From the human T2T-CHM13v2.0 reference genome, Homo sapiens: a DNA stretch of 64,000 bases. Positions 33,637 through 53,592 of the stretch are shown one piece after another. How positions within the stretch are numbered: position 1 is the stretch's first letter; each line of letters begins with the position of its first letter. The DNA is taken from the NCBI RefSeq assembly GCF_009914755.1, contig NC_060936.1, one strand, 5' to 3'. Both the position numbers and the translations under genes were made by a program. Under the pieces are notes generated by a model. The model was not told the origin of the DNA. It searched no databases and saw only the letters and a list, made by a program, of their open reading frames with translations.

Positions 33637-33729
<93 letters not shown>

Positions 33730-34561
33730 TTAATTGTTTCTCATCTTAATGATATAAAAGGTAAATGGTAAACTTTTAAGTTAAAAAATAATAATAGGCA
33801 TAATTTATACCTTTGAGAAACAGAAACTAAAGTAATAAGTACTTTATTACTGCAGAAAATAAGAACATTAAATGAGGGCTTTCTTTTTTTCTTTTTTTTT
33901 TATTTTTAGTAGAGACACGGTCTCGCTGTGTTGCCCAGGCTGGTCTTGAACTCTTGAACTGAAGTGATCCTCCCACCTTGGCCTCCCAAAGTGCTGGAAT
34001 TACAGGCATGAGCCACCACACCCGGCCTTTCTATTTTTCTTTCTCTTTTTTGAGACAGGGTTTCACTCTGTCACCCAGGCTGGAGCACAGTAGTGTGATC
34101 ACAGGTAGCCTCGACCTCCTGGTCTCAAGTGATCCTCCCACTTCAGCCTCTTGAGTAGCTGGGACTGCAGGTGCATGCCATCACACCTAGATAGTTTTTA
34201 AATTTTTTTTGTCTGACCATGTTGTCCAAGCTGGTCCCATGCTTTGGAACTCCTGGGCTCAAGTGATTCTCCTGCCTTGGTTTCCCAAAGTGCTGGGATT
34301 ACAGGCATGAGCCACTCACTGCACCTGGCCTAAATAAGAACTTTATTATTGGAAAAGAAACCTAAAATTTGCTGTGAGAAGAAAAATATTTCTGACTAAT
34401 GAATAATGCAACTAAGTGAAACTTTGTTTTGATAACTTATTTGCCCACCCTAAAGTACTATAGTGAATTACTGAATATGGTAATTGTTTTATTGTGATCT
34501 CAAACAAATGCTGGCTAACATTCCCACATCTTCATGATGTTTGTTACTGATTATTTTGTAG

Positions 34562-34726
<165 letters not shown>

Positions 34727-34996
34727 TAAGTTTTCTTTTCTTTTCTTCAATCCCTACTACATACAGTAAAGGAACACATGGATTTTCTTGCAATAACAAA
34801 CTTCTGAAGTGGTGTTTTGCATGAGGAAATTAACCCTAAGTAGAATCAGCTACTATGTTGTACTTTTTTTTTCTTTTCTGAGACAGGATCTCGCTCTGTC
34901 ACCCAGGCTGGAGTGCAGTGCCACAATCTCAGCTCACTGCAGCCTCAACCTCCAGTGCTCAAGTGATCTTCGCACTTTAGCCTTCCGAGTAGCTAG

Positions 34997-35217
<221 letters not shown>

Positions 35218-36578
35218 TAGAGGCGGGGTTTTACCGTGTTAGCCAGGATGGTCTCGAACTCCTGACCTTGTGATCCACCCACCTTGGCCTCCCAAAGTGC
35301 TGGGATTACAGGCGTGAGCCACCGAGCCTGGCTCTTTTTTCTTCTTTTGTAGAGGCAAGGTCTCACTCACTGTGTTGCGCAGGCTGATTTTAAACTCCTG
35401 GACTCAAGTGATCCTCCTCCCTCAGCTGGGATTGTAAGAATGAGCCACTGCCACTGTACTTTTAAATTTACATATAATTTAGCTAAAATGAAATAGTACT
35501 TCTTTTTTTCTTTATTTTAATGGGGGAATTTAACCAGAGCTTTCAGTGAATTTTGTAAGAGTTCTTGAAAATTTTTACATTCTATGATGTATTCATTTAA
35601 TATGTTGTTTTTGTTCATTTTCCTGTTAAGTAATTGATTGTGTCTTCAGCCCTTTATCAATTTCTTTATCATATTTTGAGTTATCGAAAAAAACATTGGG
35701 GTACAGAAAATGATTGGGCAGCGTATGTTGTTCTCAGTTCCCTTGGAAACTGTAATTGCCCTGATGTTTGCAAATACTCACATTTTCCATCGATTCTTAC
35801 CTGCCATTTGACTCTGGCATTAATTAGTTTTCCTCTTTTTGATTTTTTTCTTTTGTATCTATCTTCTTCCATACCAAACTATAAGATGTTTTTGTTGTTT
35901 ATATTTGAACAAACTTTTTTTTCTTTTTTTTTTTTGTGAGAAGGAGGTCTCATTATGTTACCCAGGCTGATCTTGAACTCATGGGCTCAAGCAATCCTCC
36001 TTCCTCAGCCTCCTAAGTAGCTGGGATTACAGGCACACTCTGCCACACCCAGCTAGTTTGAACAAAACTTTGTTCTTAGTTGTTTAACTCAGTAACTAGC
36101 ACTGGCTGGCATATTTATGGCAGGGTACATTTATAGAATTAATGAATATACATTTATCAAGTGGCTCTAAGTGCTGGTTAGTGTAAAACATAATCCCCAG
36201 TTACAAATTGTTTATAGTCAAGGAGGGAAGATAGTAGAGTAAATAAACGGTTAAATCAAGTGTGATAGAGCCTTGAAGGAGGGTTAGGAGTTAACCCATG
36301 GAGAATGAGGGGTAAACTTCACAGATAGAGGAAACAGCATTTCGGATAAAGTGTGTGGGGGAAATTACTAATAGGTCGGGTTATGGCACCCAGAATATTA
36401 ATTTATTATAACAAAACATAGCCCATTGTTTCCTGTCTTAAGAAGCCCCTTTCTTAATAATCTCTATAATAAAAGTGATTTTTTTGTATCATTTTCTCAA
36501 GGAAAAATATTGATTTTTTGGGGGGGCAGGCAACATAGTCTTTCAATTCCTGCTTCTCTTTTGTATCTCCTTCCTTGA

Positions 36579-36782
<204 letters not shown>

Positions 36783-37890
36783 TAGTAGAGACAAGGTTTC
36801 GCCATGTTGGCCAGGCTGGTCTCGAACTCCTGACCTCAGGTGATCTGCCCCCCTTGGCCTCCCAAAGTGCTGGGATTACAGGCGTGAGCCACTGCTCCCG
36901 GCCTTCCTTCTTATTTAATACCCACTTTGTTTATGCATGCTATCTGGATTTTTCTCTATATTTTTAATTGTAAGGTTAGGATATGTGCAAACACATTAGG
37001 AAACCATCTCATAGCCCTGTGCCTTAAATCATTAAATCTCATTATATTCTGAGATTTCTTTTTATGATTCTTAACATCTCAGGTTTATTTTTGATTTATA
37101 TCACATTATCCAGGTATTTGAGTTCAAACCTTGTTTCAACTTCTTCTGTAATGGCTTTCAGTACCTGTTTCTTTCCTGCATGTTCCATATTGCTACAATC
37201 TGTTTTAAGCATTCATAACCAAATCACTCTAAAGGTATGTAACTTGACGGAGACAAGACTGAAGACAGGGAGACTAGGAGTCTTAAAACCGAGCATGTTG
37301 TCTTTAGACATTTGTGTCTAGTACCCTATGTTTAATCTTATTTACTTAATCTTACTGCTAATCAGCTTTTGACTGCTAGTTAATTTAATCTCCTGATATT
37401 TTTTCCCATCAAAATTACTAGGCGTTTTTTAATTGTAAAGTGACTTTAATTAGATTATCCCAATATATATCCTAATAAAGAGCTTGGCAGAAAAACCCCA
37501 GAGACTAGTTTATGTGTATAAAGAGAAATTTTATCTGTAGGCCTTGTCCTTGTAGATGTATCATCTTGCTGAATTTTAAATATGCCTATGTGTAATCACT
37601 TATCATTCAACACATATTTATTTGATATCTACATATGTATTTTGGATTAATGTGAGTCATTTTCAAGTGTTGGTTTCTGGATGTCAGTGGCCATTTCTTT
37701 CTTTTTGTCTGTCTATCTGTCCATCTGTCCATTCATCCATTGATTCATTCATTCATTCTCAGCTTGTTTTCCCTAGTCAGACCATTTCATTTTAAACCTC
37801 ATTTAATATATAGAAGGATGATTTACTAAATATTTCACAGTTCTTAAGTTACAGCAGTCAAAAGAATGGGACTCATTATGAATTTAATAA

Positions 37891-38304
<414 letters not shown>

Positions 38305-38699
38305 TAAAATATAAAATAGAAGTGTTCTCTATTTCTATGTTCTCCATAGGGAATTGGGTATAATATGAGGTAGGACTATTCATAGAGGTAGAGGTTAACC
38401 TACCTAGATGTTGAACATCTTTTCATGTGCTTATTGGCCATTCATATGTTTGGGTTTTGGTTTTTGTTTGTTTTCAGTTAAGTATCTGTAGAAATATTTT
38501 GCCTATTTTTTAAAAAGCAAATTGGTTGTCTTATTAAGGTATAAAACTTAGAGACCAAAGTGCTATATGAGCTATATGCTTTGTAAATTTTTTTATCTAA
38601 GCTTGCCTTTCACTATGTATATATGTATGTATGTATTTTAATAGATGCTGTCTTAGATGTGGTTTCCTAGGAGACCCTAAGATAAGGATTTTTTTGTTG

Positions 38700-39579
38700 T
38701 TGTTTTATTTCAATTTTTAGCTTCAGAGGGTACACAAGGGTATATTGTGTGATGCTGAGGTTTGGAGTATGATTGAACCCATCACCCAGGCAGTGAGGTA
38801 GTGCCCAATAGGTAGTTCTTCAGCTTTCTCTCACCTCTTTCCCTCCTGTCTGTTGTCCCCAGTGTTTTTTGTTTCCATCTTTGTGTCCGTGTGTACCCAG
38901 TGTTTGGCTCCCACTTACACGTGAGAACGTGTGGTATTTGGTTTTCTGTTTCTATGTTAATTCGCTTAGGATAATGGCTTCCAGCTGCATCTGTGCTGCT
39001 GCAAAGGACATGATTTTGTTCTTTTTTTATGTCTGTATAGTATTCCATGGTGTATGTGTACCACATTTTCTTTATCCAGTTCACCATTGACAGGCACCTG
39101 GATTGATTCCATGTCTTTGCTGTTGTGAGTAGTGCTACAGTGAACATACAATTACATGTGTCTTTTTGGTGGAACAGTTTCTATTCCTTTGGGTATTTAC
39201 CTAGTAATGGGATTGGTGGGTCGAATGGGAGTTCTGTTTTTAGTTCTTTGAGAAATCTCCAAATTGCTTTCCACAGTGGCTGAACTAATTTACATTCCCA
39301 CCAATAGTATGTAAGCATTTGCTTTTCTTTGCAGCCTTGCCAACATTTATTATTTTTATCTATTTTTAATAATAGCCATTCTAACTAGTATCAGCTGGTA
39401 TCACACTGTGATTTTTTTAAATTTGCATTTCTCTGATGATTAGTGATGTTGAGCATTTTTTCATATGTTTGTTGGCTGCTTGTATGTCTTCTTTTGAGAA
39501 GTGTCTGTTCATGTTCCCTAGCCCACTTTTTAATGGAATTACTTATTTTTGCTTGTTGATTTAAGTTCCTTACAGATTC

Positions 39580-39582
<3 letters not shown>
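38700..39582 (-). mobile_element. L1 (old L1PA/L1PB-like) 3' part, cut at the left arm of the inverted repeat
   Basis: L1 3' UTR plus ORF2 C-terminus (MFTVALLTTAKTWNQSRC...); ends at ...cttacagattctgg. Confidence 0.85.
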
Positions 39583-41283
<1,701 letters not shown>

Positions 41284-42010
41284 AGGGAAGTGTTAACAGT
41301 AGGTTACTCTGGCTGCTACGCTACAAACAGACTGCAGCAAAGCAAAGGAAGCAGCTGGGAGACCAGTTAGGAAGTTATTTCAACAAAACAGGCAAGAATG
41401 ATGATTTGGACTAGGATAGCGGCAGAGGGAATGGTGACAAATGGTCAAATCTAGATACATTTTGGAGATAGAGCTAACAAGATTCGCTAATAGACCAGAT
41501 GTTGGGTATGAGACAGAGAGAGGAGTCAAGAGTGGTACCAAGGTTTTTGGCCCAAGCACCTAGAAGAATAGAACTGGCATTAACTGAGAGAGCAGGCTGC
41601 AGGAGAAGCTGGTTTGTGGAGGACCATCAGAAGCGCAGTTAGACACATACCAAGTTAAGGATACCTACTACACATGTCAAGTAGGCAGTTGGATATGTAA
41701 GTCTAGAGGTCAAGGGACAGGTCTTGACCACAGATGGATTTGGAAGTCATCATCACACAGATGGTATTTAATGCCATGGGACTGGACGAGATTCCTGTCC
41801 TAGAGAATGGAACAGAAAAGTGGAGCGGTCCAAGGACTTGATTCTTGGGGCACTCCAAAATCTAGAGACAAGGGAGATGAAAAGGAAGCACCAAGATAAA
41901 TCAAGATAGTATATTAACTTTAGATATGTAAAAAGAATTTCAACCGTTACTAAGGTCGAATTAATGAGAAAAGTAACAGACACACCATCAGGAACTCTAT
42001 AGAGATATAG

Positions 42011-42308
42011 TGATACAGGGGTCCCCAGAGAAACTCCGACCAGCTTGTGCACTGGGAAAATGGGGTGGAGCTTCGTGAAGTTCACGCTGTTTGCAGGGAA
42101 AAGGAGCCTGGCCTCTGTGATCTGGTGTGGTAACCTGGGGATTCAATCTGTGAGATGTGGGCCTGTTAACAGGAACCTCTCTTGCTTTGCTGAGTTTTTT
42201 CCTTTTCACCCAATAAACCCTGTCCTTCCTCACCCTTCAAATTGTCTGTGAGCCTAATTTTTTGTGGTTGTGTGTCTTTAGCTGACCTAAGAAAAAAGTC
42301 CTACAATA
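42011..42308 (+). mobile_element. Solo ERV1-class LTR (MER61/MER52-like)
   Basis: TG start and degenerate CA end; AATAAA at 42212-42217 followed by cacccttcaaattgtctgtgagcctaa; imperfect 4-bp TSD ATAG/ATAA. Confidence 0.65.
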
Positions 42309-43799
42309 ATAATATTGCTCAAATGATGTGTTCTAGGAAGATTATATTAGAAGGAATACTTTATGACTTGATTTTTTTTCATGTCAACTAAGGAAGACTA
42401 AAGACTCAGCCTCCTAAGTAGCTGGGACTACAGAAGCATACTACCATACCTGGCTGATTTTTTTGTTGTTTGTATTTTTTGGAGAGATAGGGTTTGCCAT
42501 GTTGCCCATGCTGGTCTCCAACTGCTGGGCTCAAGCAATCTGTCCACCTTGGCCTCCCAAAGTGCTGGGATTACAAGCTTGTAATCCTGGCCCACACATT
42601 TAATAGTAAACACTTCAGATTTTCAGACATGAGATAATCTAATCAACGATACTTATTAGCCACTGGCCTATTCAGCATTGATTCTTTAGAGTCATACAAC
42701 TTACACTCCCAGTTCACCCACCTTGGGTGAGGCCAATAATTAGACTCAGGTAGCTTCAAGACTGAATGAAGTGGGGCAACACTTCTGGATCATTAAGGAT
42801 CTGCTGACCTTGATTAAGAATCTGATAATGAGGAACATCTTAACCCACCTGTGACCCACCTAGATAAAATGGATAAACCCATGTAACCTGGTAGCTGAAC
42901 TCGGGAAATAAAACTTCCAAGAATCACTGGGAAATTTACCAGTGCATCCTCAAAACTTCCATAAAGTATGGTTTCAAAGAGGAACTGAACACCTTAAAGA
43001 AGCTGTGAAGACAATTAGGTGAGATAGTATTCCATCAGACAATCATTTAATACCCATACATTGTATTAAGGATACTGTGTTAGAATTATTGTGGAAAATT
43101 ACAAAACAGATGTTTGGGTTTTTTGTTTTTGTTTTTGTTTGACACGGAGTCTTGCTTTGTCACCTAGGCTGGAGCGCAGTTGCACAATCTCAGCTAACTG
43201 CAGCCACCACCTCCTGAGTTCAAGCAATTCTCCTGCCTCAGCCTCCCGAGTACCTGGGATTACAGGCAGTTACCACCACACCCGGCTAATTTTTGTATTT
43301 TTAGTAAAGGCAGGGTTTCGCCATGTTGGCCAGGCTGGTCTTGAACTCCTAACCTCAAGCGATCCACCCACCTCGGGCTCCCAAAGTGCTAAGATTACAA
43401 GCATGAGCCACCACGCCCAGACAACATCCTTAACAAAGAGAAAATACTCCAGAGAAGATTTAACCAAAAAAAGTCACCTAAAAATGTAAATATAACATTA
43501 ATAGATACCTAATAAACTATAATTATATGCAGTTGTGCTAAGAGGGACAGTAGATATTCAAAGTGAATATAAAAAAGTAAAATGTCATGAAGAAAGTAAG
43601 ATAAGAGCAAATAGCAGAGGAAGAGTAAAAGTGCTGAAAACTGAGGGATAAAGCATTTGAAATAGCTTGATGTTGAAATGAGATGGGGCACTGAGGTCAG
43701 ATTAGGTAAAAAAAAAAAAAAAAAAAAAAAAAGGCAAGCTCCAACTATATGCTGCCTATAAGAAATCCACTTTAAAAATAAAGACAGCCAGGTTAAAAG

Positions 43800-44867
43800 T
43801 AATACAGAAATGACAAAGGTGACATCACAACCAATCCCAGAGAAATACAACAGATTCTCAGAGACTATTTTTTTTGGGGGGGTTTGGGGGCGGGTGGGGA
43901 CGGAGTTCTGCTCTTGTCCCCCAGCCTGGAGTGCAATGGCACAATCTAGGCTCACTGTAACCTCCGTCTCCCAGGTACAAGTGATTCCTCAGAGACTATT
44001 ATTAGGAACACTTCAAGCACACAACTAGAAAATCTAGAGGCAATGGACAAATTCCTGAAAACGTACAACCTCGCATGTTTGAATCAGGAAGAAACTGAAA
44101 CCCTGAACAGATGAATAATGAATTCTGAAACTGAATCAGTAATAAAAAAACAACAACCAAAAAGCTCTGGACCAGACAGATCCACAGCTGAATTCTACCA
44201 GATGTGCAAAGAGCCAGTACCAATCCTACTGATACTATTCCCCCAACAACAACAACAAAAAATCGAGGAGGAAGGACTCCTCCCCAACTCATTCTACAAA
44301 AACGGCATCATCCTGATACCCAAATCTGACAGAGACATAACAGAAAAACAAAACTATGGGCCAGTATCCCTGATAAACATGGATGCTAAAATCCTCAACA
44401 AAATACGAGCAAACCAAATCTAGCAGCACATCAAAAAATTAATTCACCATGATCAAGCAGGCTTTCTGCCTGAGATGCAAGGCTGATTCAAGATACGCAA
44501 ATAAATAAATGTGATACATCATATAAACAGAATTAAAAACAAAAAACATATGATCATTTCAGTAAACACAGAAAAAAACTTTCAATAAAATCCAACATCC
44601 TTTCATGATGAAAATCCTCAACAAACTAGGCATTGAGGGAACATACTCCAAAATAATAAGAGCCATTTATGACAAACCCACAGCCAACATACTGAACAAG
44701 CAAAAGCTGAGATCATTTCCTTTAAGAACAGAAACAAGACAAGGATGCCCACTCACACTACTCCTATTCAACATAGTACTGGGGAAGTCCTAGCCAGAGC
44801 AATCAGGCAAGAAAAAAAAAAAAGGCGTCCACTCAGGAAAAGAAAAAGTCAAATAATCTCTCTTCAC

Positions 44868-44869
<2 letters not shown>
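43800..44869 (+). mobile_element. L1 ORF2 fragment (Z domain to RT), cut at the right arm; contains a truncated Alu at 43870-43987
   Basis: ORF-track pieces [11 protein letters not shown]...[15 protein letters not shown] and [14 protein letters not shown]...GCPL are L1 ORF2. The fragment ends at ...KVK*SLFT, immediately before the RT 'DD' residues. Confidence 0.88.
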
Positions 44870-46573
<1,704 letters not shown>

Positions 46574-48240
46574 CTATTCTGATGACCGTTCTCCCTGCTT
46601 TGAGAGAATGCCTTTCAGAGACACTATTGTACTAGTACAACCTTGATTATCTGGTATGTCAATGGAACCTTTTAGAAAAAAATAGAATTTTCTCTATGCC
46701 AACATAAGTACATGTAGAAATGTTTATGCAGATGGTATTTTACTGTGTGTATTTTTTGACAGCTTACTGTTCCATGTTAGTATAGACAGCTGTACTTCAT
46801 TCATTTCAACTTAATTCCTGTATTTTGCAAATTTTCAAAAATAAAATCAGTGTATCAGGAAGTTGCCCATATGAAACCTGAAGCAAAAAAATGCTTTAGA
46901 TATCTTAATCACAACAACTAAAGATCACAGGGTACATGTCTTACCATTTATAGTATAAAACTGAATTTCCACATTAGCAAAAGATTGAAAACAAAAATTA
47001 ACTTGTGACCAACTTGCCAAAATCTGACCTGAAGGAAATTTTTGAACGTAACTCATCACAAAAACACATGTACTCTGTGCAGAAATGTTTCTTAAATCAG
47101 TAAAGAAAATAAGGAAATGCAGAGGAGCAAAAAGAATTCTCCATGGTGAAATCACTCAAAAACTATCACTGCTGACAATGCATTTCATTTCTCTATATCT
47201 ATACATAAGTTTTGTTAGTTTGCCTATTTTTACATGGTTATCATCATACTGTATATGTAAATTTTCTCCTGTGTTCTTCCTTAATATTTTAACTACTTTT
47301 TCTATATTCCTTTGGGACAGAGTGCTAGAAGAGGAATTACTAGGTCAAAAATTATGAATATTTCTTGATACATCTTATCATACTGCTTTTCAAAAGTATT
47401 TTGAAGTAAAAGTTTATACTTTTAACCAGTCGGGTCTCATACTGCTAATTTCACCACACCTGTGCTTGGATTGGGCATTATGATTTTTAACATGTTTGTG
47501 ATCTCAAAAACAAAAGGTTCCTCACTGTTCTGATTTGCAGTCCCTCCATTTTGCATGACATTACACATTTTTCCACAGACATATTACTAGTTTTATTTTA
47601 TATTAAAACATGATTTTGCATTTATAGAGACCTCCATTTAGAGGACAATAGCCCCTTGTAAATAAAACTTTTAACAGAACACGTTCATGTTCACGATGTG
47701 GTGTTTCTTTATGTTTTGGAAGCCTAAATCTCACCAGATGTGATATTTCTTCACTACTAAGACAAAAAACCATTAGTTTTTATCAGAATCAGTCATCTGG
47801 GTTACCATGTTGAAATTATCCTCAAGATATGAAAGAAAACTATTTCAAATGCTTAATTTAATTAATAGTCAACAACTTAGCCACGTGTGGTGGTGTGCCT
47901 GTAGTCCCAGCTACTAGGCAGGGTAAGGTAGGAGGAGCCCTTGTGCCAGGAGTTTGAGGCTGTAGTACACTATTATTGAGCTTATGAATAAACTCTGCAC
48001 TTCAGCCTGGGCAATAAAGCAAGACCCAGTCTCTAGAAAAAAAAAATGATTAGGTAAAGAAAAGAAATCAAATTTTCACAATGGGAGAATGTGGCTTATT
48101 ACTAAGAAATGCCTGATACGTAGTTTCATTGATTTTTTAAAAAAATAGTTCCAATAGCAAAATAATCATAGAAGTTAGATTTTTATCAGGAATAATTTTT
48201 ATTAAAATCATCTTATTCCAAGTATTTTCTTCTTTTCAAG

Positions 48241-48286
48241 GTATCACAGATGTCGTAAGAATCTGAATCCTCCAAAAGACAGATGA
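48241..48286 (+). CDS. MRPL42: MRPL42 exon 6 coding part: (R)YHRCRKNLNPPKDR*
   Basis: Acceptor tcttttcaag|G; TGA at 48284-48286. Confidence 0.95.
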
Positions 48287-48567
48287 TGCGGAGGTTCCTG
48301 GGGGAATCAAAGAGAAATGTGCCTCATTTGCCATTTGAGAAAATGCAGTCTGGTGTATTCAGTAATATATAGTAAAGTAATAATGATAAAATATCTTTTC
48401 ATATATTAGAATGTGTACTTTTATATAAAGTAATTCTGGATTTGACATTCTCATTTAGAGAAACCTATTTTCTTTTTTCTTTTTCTATTTTAGTGTTTCA
48501 TTTATGTGCGGTCTCCAATTTAGGACTTTTCCATAGTGCCAAAGCCATACATATTCAGTAGAACATC

Positions 48568-50387
48568 AATAAATTACATCAGAAATTCAACACTTTATTA
48601 TAAAACGGGCTTCGTGTTAGATAATTTTGCTAAACAGTAGGCTACTGTAAGTGTTCTGAGCATATTTAAGACAGGCTAGCATTTTCAATTTACAATATTT
48701 TCAACTGATAGTAGGTTTATTGGGATGTAACCCTATGATAAGTTGAGAAACATCTCTTTTTGTGTGTCTACTGTGATTTAAGTATTTTTAATCATCAGCC
48801 AAGCATTGTTAGTAGTATAAATATGATTAATAAAAATGTGCATGGCTTTCCTGAAGGAGATTTTTTAATTGCCTTTGAGAATAAACTCATAAGGTCTACC
48901 AAGAAAATAAATGTTATGATGTTTCAGTTGGCTTCTAGGAAATAATTAAATTAGTGATATTTTAATCAGGTTTTACTATCTGCTAGGCCCCTTCCATCAA
49001 TTCTTATTAAATTCTCAAAATAATCCTTTGAAAAGGGAGTATAATTACATTTTACAGTGACTCGAACCTTACCCAAACAAGTGGGAGAGCCAGGAGCCAA
49101 ACTATCAGGCTCCAAAGCTTTTTTTTAGTGCATCACAATGACAAAGGGGTGGTTTTCTTTCACCCAAGAATGTGCTTTCCTGGAAATTTTTCTAGATAGA
49201 ATATTATGTAATTTGTTTTGAAGGTTTTTTTTCCTGACTGTCTTAAAGATTATGCTAGCTTTAGAACACATGCAAACAGCTGCAGCTCTGTGATTAAAAT
49301 GTTAAGGTCACTAGAATAGTGTTAGGAAAATGTTAATAGATAATTCTGCTGCCTCTATTAGCTTATGTATGATCCTTAATAGCATTGCTTCCCCTTCAGT
49401 TTCTATTTAGGAGGTGAAGAATCTTTTAATAAGGTAGAAAGTTGCTTTATTTAAATTTGTACTGTAGAATGTTTGTGATACAGTATTTGTAAAATTGATA
49501 TGAAAAATAATTTCTCAAAGTCTATTGTTTGATCTAGTTATTTTAATAAAGGAACTCTAGAAGTTTCAAGTGGCCAGTGAAGTGTGAGGAATAGAGAGTA
49601 AAGAAAATAATTAATAATGGTGACCCTCTGTTAAGTGGTTTACTTTTTCCATTAATATAAATTTCATTTGGAAAGATTAAAAAAACAAGTTTGATTGAAC
49701 TTGATAAATCAGAAATATTTACCAGCTTTGTCGATGGTGTATTCTTGAAAAATGTTTGGTTTTCTTTCAGGTTGACTTATATCCAAAATTCTACAAATTC
49801 TTAGCTATGTTATAAATGTAGAAAGAAGTGAAAAATCAAAATATGATTATGAAGATTTTCTTCTCTTCCGAGTACAAAGCTCTGCTAAATAAGGATTTAC
49901 CCAAGATGCCCACATCCACATACTTATGTGTCAGTGCTTTGGAGAATTAACTTTGACTTTATTCTACTGGAAGTATAGATTAACACTGTGCTTTCTGGGA
50001 TTTTGCTTTTCATGGGTTGCTGATTTTTAATTTTGCTAAATAAGCACATAGTCCATCACCAGCATCACCTGCCCTCTGTTCCTCCCCCGTCCCCCAGGGA
50101 TAAGAACCTGTTATCCACCATCAGTAACATTTTATGAAAGATCTACTTATTTGTCTGTTTTGCAGACATTTTAAAATTCGTAAAGTGGGATGCTTCTTTA
50201 ATTTAAATACATTTAGCTTCATGAAAAACTCACTACACAGTTCTTGTTCAAGCATTATTGGGAAACCACCAGAGGGCACTCTCACCCAGGGCTTAATTTG
50301 AACATCTCGCCCAAAAGTGACTTTTAAAAGCACTTAATTAGCAGAGAATTTGGATGTTCATTAGTTGAGAATGACTAGTAGAATAAA
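48568..50387 (+). terminator. Cluster of candidate polyadenylation signals for MRPL42
   Basis: AATAAA at 48568-48573, 48880-48885, 48906-48911, 49545-49550 and 50382-50387; usage cannot be read from DNA. Confidence 0.55.
48585..48756. mobile_element. Tigger-family MITE fragment (MER47/Tigger5-like) in the proximal 3' UTR region
   Basis: gggatgtaaccc...aagttgagaaacatct resembles the MER47 terminus. Confidence 0.5.
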
Positions 50388-50444
50388 TGGTAATAGTGAA
50401 ATTAAGTGCTGGAATATTCTGAGTAGACCAATAGCAAAAACTGA

Positions 50445-50573
<129 letters not shown>

Positions 50574-50990
50574 TGAGACTACACATGTGTGCTACCATGC
50601 CTGGCTAATTGTTTTAATTTTTTTTATAGAGACGGGGTTTCGCCATGTTGCCCAGGCTGGTCTTGAACTCCTGGGCTCAAAGCGATCCACCCACCTTGGC
50701 CTCCAAAAGTATGGGATTACAGGTGTGAGCCACTGTGCCCAGCCTTATTTTTTTTTTTTAAGATAATATTGTTAACATTTTGTATTTCTCTGCATAAATA
50801 TATTTCAAAAATAAAAATAGAGCTCATAATATATGCTGTTTTGTAATGCTTTTTTCACTTAATAGGAATTTTTTCCGTATCATTAAGTACTCTGATTTAA
50901 TGGGTGCATATTATTCTATAATCTGGCTTGTCATAATTTAATTAACTCCCTGCTGTTAGACAAAATCATTGTTTCTGTTCCATCTTGTGA

Positions 50991-51617
<627 letters not shown>

Positions 51618-52969
51618 TGATCAGCCACTTTAATGTATGTCTCATTTCAAAGCATATAAAGTATACAAGTTTCAGGTCCTAGCTTAAACCTATAAGAGGC
51701 CTTATTATGGGCTTATTTCCTTTGCAGCCCTTTACCATAATGTGTTTCTTCTACCTCCCCTGCACAACATTGTTTATATGCCCCCTAAAATGTAACTTCT
51801 TTAGATTCTATTGTTACGTGCAACACTGTATATCTCTCCATAGCACTTAATCAGAGTTTGTAATTAGGCATCTTTTTGTGTGATTATTTGGTAAATGTCC
51901 ATATCCCCTACTAGCCTATAAGCTCCATGACTTCTAGGGACCCTGTCTGACTACGTGTATCACTGTTTCTACCGCCTAACATTGCCTAGCACATTCATTG
52001 CTTCACAGGCATCTGAATATGGTTTTATAAAATACATTGCTCTAGTGCACAGGATTTTAAGCTAAGGATTTCATGAATGGGATTTGGGGTAGGGGCATCT
52101 ATGAAATTCCTGAAATTGTGTAGAATTTTGAGAATATGTGTTTTCCTGGGGATAGAGTATGTAGTTTCTCAGCAACTCATTACAGTCTGTCACATCATGC
52201 CCTAATTCTACTTGCCTGTAGCTAAACACCTAATAACATTAGAACTGAAATGATAGTGATATGCAAGATAGCACGTGTGGTTTCCACATATTCTAAGAGG
52301 CATCTTCAATTAGATTCCAAAAATTTTTAAGAAAAAAAGATATAATGTGCCATCATTTTGGATGGTTCTGGGCACTTCAGGTAAACCCTTACTCAAAGAA
52401 TACTTTTTCAGTTTCAATGTGTATTTTTAAAATTTCCAGAAGATGAGTTGAATATCAGCCCACAAACACTGGTAGTAAGCAAACTATTTTATTTGCTAAA
52501 GGCATAAATAAATGTCTCCTTTGCTTTTAGGCAAAGGGAATGCTTCTTCAGATTTTTTTTTTCCCCAGAAGTTCAAAATAACTTGCTCATAGTCTTCCCA
52601 AAATAATTTTCAAACATTCTAACACCAAAGAAAGATACTCCCAATTGAGCTCAGCCATCAGCCTCCTACTATTTTTTAATGTGCTGTTTAACCTTGTGAA
52701 TGTGAGAATATTTTGAATGCACTGGGAAGGAATACTCAGGAACAATATGTAATGTGCTTTCTAGTTTTGCACAAAGGCATTCATTTTGATTTAGTAACAA
52801 CCTCATACTTATATAGCATATCCTTCTGCAGAAATGCTTCACAGCCATGACTGCTTGAATTCTTGTCATGTTGCTTGTAAATGAGCTCCTGTTTTTAGAT
52901 GGAGAAATGGAGGCAGAGTCTCACAATTACATGTGAGAATAGCAAGTAGAACCTTATGATTACTTCTGA

Positions 52970-53207
<238 letters not shown>

Positions 53208-53296
53208 TGAACTCCTGACCTCAGGTGATCTGCCCACCTTGGCCCCCCAAAATACTGGGATTACAAGGGTGAGCCACTGTGCCCAGCCTCTTCTGA

Positions 53297-53592
<296 letters not shown>

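Noticed and set aside
48233-48247. AG|GT at the exon 6 acceptor as a recursive splice site
   Set aside because: GTATCA is a poor donor and no downstream exon is evident.
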